The notes beneath the pieces were generated by a model. The model was not told where the DNA came from and did not search any database. It saw only the letters and a list, made by a program, of their open reading frames with translations. Positions 27,476 to 32,000 of a stretch of DNA of 32,000 bases are shown piece by piece (position 1 is the stretch's first letter; each line of letters starts with the position of its first letter). The stretch is taken from NCBI RefSeq assembly GCF_000021865.1, contig NC_014034.1:2520001-2552000 (forward strand). Direction: 5' to 3'. The translations under genes and the position numbers were made by a program. The DNA comes from Rhodobacter capsulatus SB 1003 (lineage in GTDB: Bacteria; Pseudomonadota; Alphaproteobacteria; Rhodobacterales; Rhodobacteraceae).

Positions 27476-27695
27476 CCCTTTCCGGGGCGCGAGGGGCGCC
27501 GCGGAAGCGGCCCGTTCCGCAGTGGTGGCCCGCCGTCTGCGGAAAGCCCAGCTTTTCCGCGACATCCCCCCTGCCGGGCCCTTCGGCCCGAGCCGAAAGG
27601 TCCGACCGATGCCGCCTTGCCCCAGCCTGCCGCCGCCTGCCGCCCCCGCGCGCCGGACCGCGGCCAAGATGGCCCGGCGCTTGCCCCGTCCATTA

Positions 27696-27717
27696 CTTGA
27701 CAAGTTCACTCAACAAG
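27696..27717. promoter_or_regulatory. AT-rich imperfect palindrome (CTTGACAAGTTCACTCAACAAG; TTGA-N9-TCAA core) upstream of exbB, candidate promoter or operator
   Basis: Local AT-rich island in GC-rich DNA about 70-90 nt upstream of the exbB ATG. Contains a perfect TTGACA hexamer (27697-27702). Confidence 0.35.
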
Positions 27718-27786
27718 CGCAGGAGAGGACAAAGCCAGCCTTCCGCCAGCCGCCCCTTTCCGCCCTGAACGCCCCCGAGGTCTGCC

Positions 27787-28572
27787 ATGCCGCCCGTCGT
27801 TCCCGCCGCTGCCGATAGCACGCTGATCCTGTTTCTTGACCGTGTCGGGCTTTCGGGTCTGGCCGAGACCCTGCGCGCCGCCGCCGCCTCCGAGGCGCTG
27901 ACGCCGCTGGCGATGTTTGCCCATGCCGATATTCTGGTGCAGGGCGTGATGCTGGGGCTGCTTGCGGCCTCGGTGCTGGCCTGGGCGATCTGGGCGGGCA
28001 AGCTGGTGCAGCTGACGCGCGCCCGCCGCCGCCTGACGCGCGATTACCGGGTGCTGGCGGCGCGCGGCACGCTTGGCGCGGCGCTGAGCGGCGGGATTGT
28101 GGCGCGGATGCAGGCGGCGGCACGTGCGGAAATCGGTGCCTCGGCGGGGCTGCCGGATGCGGGCATCAAGGAGCGCGTCGCGATCGATCTGACCCGGATC
28201 GAGGCCGGGGCGGCGCGGGCGATGCAATCGGGGGTGACGGCGGTGGGCTCGATCGGCTCGACCGCGCCCTTCGTCGGGCTGTTCGGCACCGTCTGGGGCA
28301 TCATGAACGCCTTTGTCGGCATTGCCGAAAGCGGCTCGTCGAACCTGGCCGTCGTCGCCCCCGGCATCGCCGAGGCGCTGATGGCCACGGCGCTCGGCCT
28401 TGTCGCGGCGATCCCGGCGGTGCTGCTTTACAACCACCTGACCCGCGCCGTCGGCGGCTACCGCGCCGCGCTGACCGATGCGGCGGCGCTGGTCGAACGC
28501 ACGCTCTCGCGCGATCTGGACCGGGCGCGGCTGGCGCCCACGGTGAAATCCCTGCATCTGGTGGCGGAATAA
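27787..28572 (+). CDS. exbB: TonB-system energiser ExbB (MotA/TolQ/ExbB proton channel)
   Basis: 261 aa. [20 protein letters not shown] and [22 protein letters not shown] are MotA/ExbB channel motifs. TAATG overlap with exbD. Confidence 0.9.
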   Translation: MPPVVPAAADSTLILFLDRVGLSGLAETLRAAAASEALTPLAMFAHADILVQGVMLGLLAASVLAWAIWAGKLVQLTRARRRLTRDYRVLAARGTLGAALSGGIVARMQAAARAEIGASAGLPDAGIKERVAIDLTRIEAGAARAMQSGVTAVGSIGSTAPFVGLFGTVWGIMNAFVGIAESGSSNLAVVAPGIAEALMATALGLVAAIPAVLLYNHLTRAVGGYRAALTDAAALVERTLSRDLDRARLAPTVKSLHLVAE

Positions 28573-28991
28573 TGGCGGTCCGGCTGTCTGACGGCGAGGA
28601 TCTGACCCCCGAAGCCGCGATCAACATCACGCCCTTCATCGATGTGATGCTGGTGCTTTTGATCATCTTCATGGTCGCCGCGCCGCTCTCGACCGTCGAT
28701 GTGCCGCTGGATCTGCCGGTGGCCTCGGGCCAGCCGCAACCGCGCCCGCCCGAGCCGGTCGTGCTGTCGCTCAGCGCCGAAAAGGGGCTGATGCTGGGCC
28801 GCGATCCGGTCAGTGCGACCGATCTGCCCGCAAGGCTGGCCGAGGCGACACAGGGCGATCTGGCCACACGCATCTTTGTTTCCGCCGACAAATCCGTGCC
28901 TTACGGAGAGATGATGGGGCTTTTGAACCAGCTGCGCGCGGGCGGCTATCTGAAGATCGGCCTTGTCGGGCTGGAGGAGGCCGCGCCGTGA
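28572..28991 (+). CDS. exbD: biopolymer transport protein ExbD
   Basis: 139 aa. INITPFIDVMLVLLIIFMV TM segment and ExbD/TolR periplasmic domain (RIFVSADKSVPYGEMMGLLNQL). Overlaps the tonB start. Confidence 0.9.
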   Translation: MAVRLSDGEDLTPEAAINITPFIDVMLVLLIIFMVAAPLSTVDVPLDLPVASGQPQPRPPEPVVLSLSAEKGLMLGRDPVSATDLPARLAEATQGDLATRIFVSADKSVPYGEMMGLLNQLRAGGYLKIGLVGLEEAAP

Positions 28992-29806
28992 GCCTTGCGC
29001 TGACCGATCCGCCCGAAGTGCCCGGGCGGGCGCTTCTGTGGGGGCTGGCGCTCTCGCTGGCGCTGCATGCGGTCGCGGTTTCCGTGCTCTCGCAGACCGA
29101 GGCCGCCCCCGCGGCGCTGGTGGCGGCGGGCGCGGGCGGCGAGGATCTGGACGGCCTCGAAGCGATCGCCGCGACCTTCGTCGATCTGGCGCCGCAGATC
29201 CAGCTGCCCGAGCCCGAGATGGCGCTGCCGCTGACCGCGCCGGTGATCGACATTCCCCAGGTGCGGCTGCCCGATCCGGTGCTTTTGCCGCCCGAGCCCC
29301 CGAAGATCACGCCACCAAAGCGCGCCGAGGAGAAACCGAAGCCCCCGCCGCCAAAGCCGAAACCCGAGCCGCGGCCGCGGGCGGAAAAACCCAAGCAGGC
29401 GAAACCCGCGCCGGTGCAAAGCGAAAGCCGCGCCGCCTCGCGCGCGGCGGGATCGGGGGCGGGCGCACAGGCGGGCACGGGCGGGACGGATGCGCAGGCG
29501 ACGGTCTCGGCGGGCACGACGAAAAGCCTGCTTGCGAAATGGGGCGCGACGATCCGCACCCGGATCGAACGGCGCAAAAGCTATCCCGCCGCGGCGGGAC
29601 GGGCTGCAGGCTCGGTCGGGCTGGCGCTGAAAGTCAGCCGCGACGGCGCGCTGCTCTCGGCCGCGGTGAACCGCTCCTCGGGCCATCCGGCGCTGGATGC
29701 GGCGGCGCTGGCGGCGGTGCAGAAGGCGGGGAAATTCCCCGCCGCCCCCGCGGAACTGGCAAAGCCGAGCTACGCCTTCTCCGTCGCGGTCAAGTTTTCG
29801 CGCTGA
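28988..29806 (+). CDS. tonB: energy transducer TonB
   Basis: 272 aa with a GTG start. N-terminal TM LLWGLALSLALHAVAV. Pro/Lys-rich spacer PPEPPKITPPKRAEEKPKPPPPKPKPEPRPRAEKPK. C-terminal TonB domain YPAAAGRAAGSVGLALKVSRDGALLSAAVNRSSGHPALDAAALAAV. Confidence 0.9.
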   Translation: MSLALTDPPEVPGRALLWGLALSLALHAVAVSVLSQTEAAPAALVAAGAGGEDLDGLEAIAATFVDLAPQIQLPEPEMALPLTAPVIDIPQVRLPDPVLLPPEPPKITPPKRAEEKPKPPPPKPKPEPRPRAEKPKQAKPAPVQSESRAASRAAGSGAGAQAGTGGTDAQATVSAGTTKSLLAKWGATIRTRIERRKSYPAAAGRAAGSVGLALKVSRDGALLSAAVNRSSGHPALDAAALAAVQKAGKFPAAPAELAKPSYAFSVAVKFSR

Positions 29807-30047
29807 GCGACGGCTCGCGGGCCAGCGTCCGCGCCTCGGCCAGATGCAGCCGGGCCAACGCCGCCTCGGGGCAGCCGGTTTCCGCCAGCGCGCGGGCCCA
29901 GATCCGCGCCACCGAGGCCGCCGACCAGGGCAGCACCGCCTGCCGCGCCCAGGCCCGGGCGGGCGCGGGCAGCCGGTCAAAGGCCGCCATCGGATCGGCC
30001 CGGACCCGGTGGCGCAGCGATGTCGTCAGGTTGCGTCGCATCCTCAC
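29790..30047 (-). CDS. hypothetical small protein (85 aa) immediately downstream of the COG0523 gene
   Basis: Strong GC3 periodicity with no competing gene on the other strand. Arg/Ala/Trp-rich with no recognisable motif. The start is uncertain (GTG 30047, ATG 30041 or ATG 29990). The 3' end overlaps the tonB 3' end by 17 nt. Confidence 0.4.
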   Translation of the reverse strand: MRMRRNLTTSLRHRVRADPMAAFDRLPAPARAWARQAVLPWSAASVARIWARALAETGCPEAALARLHLAEARTLAREPSLSAKT

Positions 30048-30059
30048 GCCCCCCCCAGC

Positions 30060-31265
30060 TCACGCCCCCCAGCGCGGGAACGGGTCGGGCAGATCGGCCC
30101 AGGCCTCGGGGGTGAAATCCGCGGCCGGAACCAGCGCCGCATTCAGCCGCGCGCAGATCGCGTCGCGGTCCAGATCGACGCCGATGAAGACGATCTCCTG
30201 GCGCCGGTCGCCCCAGGGCTCGGCCCAGTTCCGGGCGATTTCGCGCTGCGCATCGGGATGCGCGGGCAGCCGCTCGGGCGGGACCGAGGCCCACCAGCGC
30301 CCCAAGGGCGTGACCCGGGCCGAGGCCCCCGCCAGGCTGAATTCGACCGCCCAATCGGGCCGCGTCGCCAGCCAGAAATGCCCCTTGGCGCGGATCACGC
30401 CGGGAAGCGCCCCGCCCAGGGCCGCCTCGATCCGGGCCGGATCAAAGGGGGCGCGGGCGTGATAGACGAAGCTTGAAATCCCGTATTCCTCGGTCTCGGG
30501 GGTGTGATTGGCGAAACCGTAAAGCTCTTTCGCCCAAAGCGGATGTTCGGCGGCGCGGGCGAAATCGAACAGCCCGGTGTCAAAGATCGCCTCGGCCGGA
30601 ACCTGACCGAAATCGGTCTCGATCAGCCGCGCATCGGGGTTCAGCGCCTTGACGATCTGCCGCGCGATCTGCAGCCGCTCCGGCCCGGCATCCGTGACCT
30701 TGTTCAGCACCACCACATCGGCGAATTCGATCTGCTCGGTCAGCAGATTGACCAGCGTGCGGTCGTCCTCTGCCCCCGCCGTCTCGCCGCGATCGGCCAG
30801 AAAATCGCTCGAGGCGAAATCCTTCGTCAGGTTGATCGCATCAACCACGGTGACCATGCAATCGAGCCGCGCGATGTCGGAGAGGCTCGCCCCCGTCTCA
30901 TCCCGAAAATCGAAGGTGGTGGCCACGGGCAAGGGCTCGGCCACGCCCGTCCCTTCGATCAGCAGATAGTCGAACCGCCCCGCCTCGGCCAGGGCCCGCA
31001 CCCCTTTCAACAGGTCATCGCGCAGCGTGCAGCAGATGCAGCCGTTGGTCATTTCCACCAGCGCCTCTTCGGCGCGGTTCAATTCGGTGCCCTCGCGGAT
31101 CAGATCGGCATCGATGTTCACCTCGGACATGTCGTTGACGATCACCGCGACGCGGCGCCCGGCGCGGTTGTTCAGCACATGGTTCAATAGCGTCGTCTTG
31201 CCCGCGCCCAGAAAGCCCGAAAGCACGCTGACCGGAAGGCGGGGATCAGTGGGAGAAAGGGTCAT
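30060..31265 (-). CDS. COG0523-family G3E GTPase (CobW/YeiR/ZigA-like metallochaperone)
   Basis: 401 aa. P-loop [15 protein letters not shown], metal-binding [10 protein letters not shown] (CxCC), and a C-terminal CobW_C-like region ([25 protein letters not shown]). Confidence 0.9.
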   Translation of the reverse strand: MTLSPTDPRLPVSVLSGFLGAGKTTLLNHVLNNRAGRRVAVIVNDMSEVNIDADLIREGTELNRAEEALVEMTNGCICCTLRDDLLKGVRALAEAGRFDYLLIEGTGVAEPLPVATTFDFRDETGASLSDIARLDCMVTVVDAINLTKDFASSDFLADRGETAGAEDDRTLVNLLTEQIEFADVVVLNKVTDAGPERLQIARQIVKALNPDARLIETDFGQVPAEAIFDTGLFDFARAAEHPLWAKELYGFANHTPETEEYGISSFVYHARAPFDPARIEAALGGALPGVIRAKGHFWLATRPDWAVEFSLAGASARVTPLGRWWASVPPERLPAHPDAQREIARNWAEPWGDRRQEIVFIGVDLDRDAICARLNAALVPAADFTPEAWADLPDPFPRWGA

Positions 31266-31279
31266 GGCCGTCCATCTGA

Positions 31280-31297
31280 GTTATGTTATACTATCAC
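31280..31297. promoter_or_regulatory. Candidate Zur box (GTTATGTTATACTATCAC) overlapping the 5' leader of the COG0523 gene
   Basis: An 18-bp AT-rich imperfect palindrome (12 of 18 self-complementary) containing ATGTTATA, 15 nt upstream of the start codon. COG0523 genes of this subtype are commonly Zur-regulated. Confidence 0.5.
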
Positions 31298-31333
31298 CCA
31301 AATAGCCCGAAAGCCCGCCCCCCCGCAAGCCCG

Positions 31334-31362
31334 CCAAAGCAAAGGGCCGGACCCTGCGGCCC
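31334..31362 (-). terminator. Intrinsic terminator downstream of the PBP gene
   Basis: On the - strand: GGGCCG, loop CAGGGTC, CGGCCC, followed by TTTGCTTTGG. Confidence 0.65.
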
Positions 31363-31382
31363 GACCCCGTGTTTTCCCCGTG

Positions 31383-31405
31383 TTTTTCCTGGTGCAAATA
31401 CGCCG
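31383..31405. repeat. Solo half-copy of the palindromic repeat (one arm only)
   Basis: The + strand reads TTTTTCCTGGTGCAAATACGCCGG. Its reverse complement GCGTATTTGCACCAGGAAAAA matches the left arm of copy 2 except for one base. No partner arm is present. Flanked by a CACGGGGAAAA CACGGGG direct repeat. Confidence 0.8.
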
Positions 31406-31433
31406 GGGTGCGGGGCAACGCCCCGCTCTGCCC

Positions 31434-32000
31434 TCAATGCCCTTTCGCGGCCTTGACCAGCTGGATCCCGTCCAGCACCTCGGGCACGCTGTCGGCCGGG
31501 CGCAGGCCCAGGATCGGCGCGATGCGGCGGATCACCTCGGCCGCAACCGGCACCGCGGTCCAGCCCGCCGTCCGCCGCGTCTCGTTCGCGGCAAAGGACG
31601 AAGGCTCGTCCAGCGTCAGCACCAGCACATATTTCGGATCCGAGGCCGGAAAGGCCGAGGCAAAGGTGGCAATCACCTTGTTGTCGTAATAGCCGCCGCC
31701 CGGTTTCACCTTGTCGGCGGTGCCGGTCTTGCCCGCGACCTCGTAGCCCTTCACATCGGCGAAGCTGGCGGTGCCGCGCGTCACCACCGCGCGCATCATC
31801 GCCAGCGACTTGCGCGCCGCCTCGGTCGACATCACCTGCGGCCCGCGTTCATGCGTGGCCGCATGCACGAGCGTCGGCTTGACCCGATAGCCGCCATTGG
31901 CGATCGTCGCATAGGCCGCCGCCAGATGCAGCGGCGAGGCCGCCAGCCCGTGGCCGTAACCCACCGTCATCGAGGTGATCTCGGACCATTTCCCCGGCAC
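31434..32000 (-). CDS. class B penicillin-binding protein (peptidoglycan D,D-transpeptidase), C-terminal part; 5' end lies outside the window
   Basis: Contains the transpeptidase KTG motif in VAGKTGTADK, plus SMTVGYGHGLAASPLHLAAAYATIANGG and VLVLTLDEP. The open frame continues to the window edge. It is not followed by murE, so I do not assign ftsI. Confidence 0.85.
   Translation of the reverse strand: MPGKWSEITSMTVGYGHGLAASPLHLAAAYATIANGGYRVKPTLVHAATHERGPQVMSTEAARKSLAMMRAVVTRGTASFADVKGYEVAGKTGTADKVKPGGGYYDNKVIATFASAFPASDPKYVLVLTLDEPSSFAANETRRTAGWTAVPVAAEVIRRIAPILGLRPADSVPEVLDGIQLVKAAKGH

Noticed and set aside
25174-27693. ORFs 25174..26199 (+) and 26176..27693 (-)
   Set aside because: They are antisense to the SBP gene and the LacI-family gene respectively. 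The second also runs through the riboswitch. No motifs are present.
27523-27818. Possible upstream ORF (GTG 27523 or ATG 27609, about 70-98 aa) between the riboswitch and exbB
   Set aside because: The product is Arg/Pro-rich low complexity and no convincing Shine-Dalgarno is present. Codon bias decays in the 3' half and the ORF overlaps the exbB start. I keep it only as something ribosome profiling could exclude.
29270-29400. Periodic CCG/AAA-rich repeats in tonB (and similar periodicity at 6700-7200), considered as tandem repeats or a CRISPR-like array
   Set aside because: They are in-frame Pro-Lys / Pro-Ala low-complexity coding sequence of TonB and the YibQ-like protein. There is no spacer/repeat architecture.
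28301-30476. ORFs 28301..28891 (-), 28810..29577 (-), 28946..29980 (-), 28963..30462 (+) and 29697..30476 (+)
   Set aside because: They overlap exbB, exbD, tonB and the COG0523 gene in other frames. The products are low-complexity and rejected as shadows.
1-32000. Mobile genetic element, prophage, defence island, toxin-antitoxin or CRISPR-Cas content
   Set aside because: No integrase, transposase, recombinase, phage structural, restriction-modification, cas or TA-like ORFs were seen. No tRNA attachment site and no GC-content discontinuity were seen. The window reads as core chromosome. The only mobile-like features are the small palindromic repeats.

Overview
GC-rich (about two-thirds G+C by eye) chromosomal segment. 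Gene content, synteny and GAAC-N7-GAAC SOS boxes point to core genome of a Rhodobacteraceae-type alphaproteobacterium. I support about 31 intact CDS. They are, in order: a LysE-family exporter 3' end, gpt, a class I/II aminotransferase, ppiD-trpE (coupled), an opposite-strand YibQ-like envelope protein, trpG-trpD-trpC-moaC (overlapping stop/starts), lexA with a triple SOS box, a convergent overlapping comEC, gltX, gltA, and a minus-strand run of EF-hand protein, nnrS and an orphan opgG-like gene. Next comes a ribitol utilisation operon (ABC transporter, rbtD-like dehydrogenase, FGGY pentulose kinase, HAD phosphatase) with a divergent LacI regulator and a 38-bp palindromic operator candidate. 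The window ends with a cobalamin riboswitch, exbB-exbD-tonB, a candidate Zur-box COG0523 GTPase plus a small ORF, and the 3' end of a class B PBP. I see no tRNA/rRNA, CRISPR, transposase, integrase, phage or recognisable defence genes, so this is not an obvious accessory island. Four items deserve a second look. (1) A canonical B12 riboswitch whose only downstream genes are a receptor-less ExbB-ExbD-TonB energiser, separated from it by a 315-nt structured, C-rich leader. (2) A family of 50-80 bp two-stem palindromic intergenic repeats (GCGTATTT..CCAAGAAAAA-loop-TTTTTCTTGG..AAATACGC) with compensatory stem changes. There are 3 full copies and 1 half copy, and one copy supplies the stop codon of a gene. 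(3) A secreted 4x EF-hand protein with a Met/Gly/Gln-rich linker next to nnrS and an orphan opgG. (4) Stop-codon-spanning tandem duplications and homopolymer or hexanucleotide tracts. All functional calls come from reading the translated ORFs and motifs; no database search was run.
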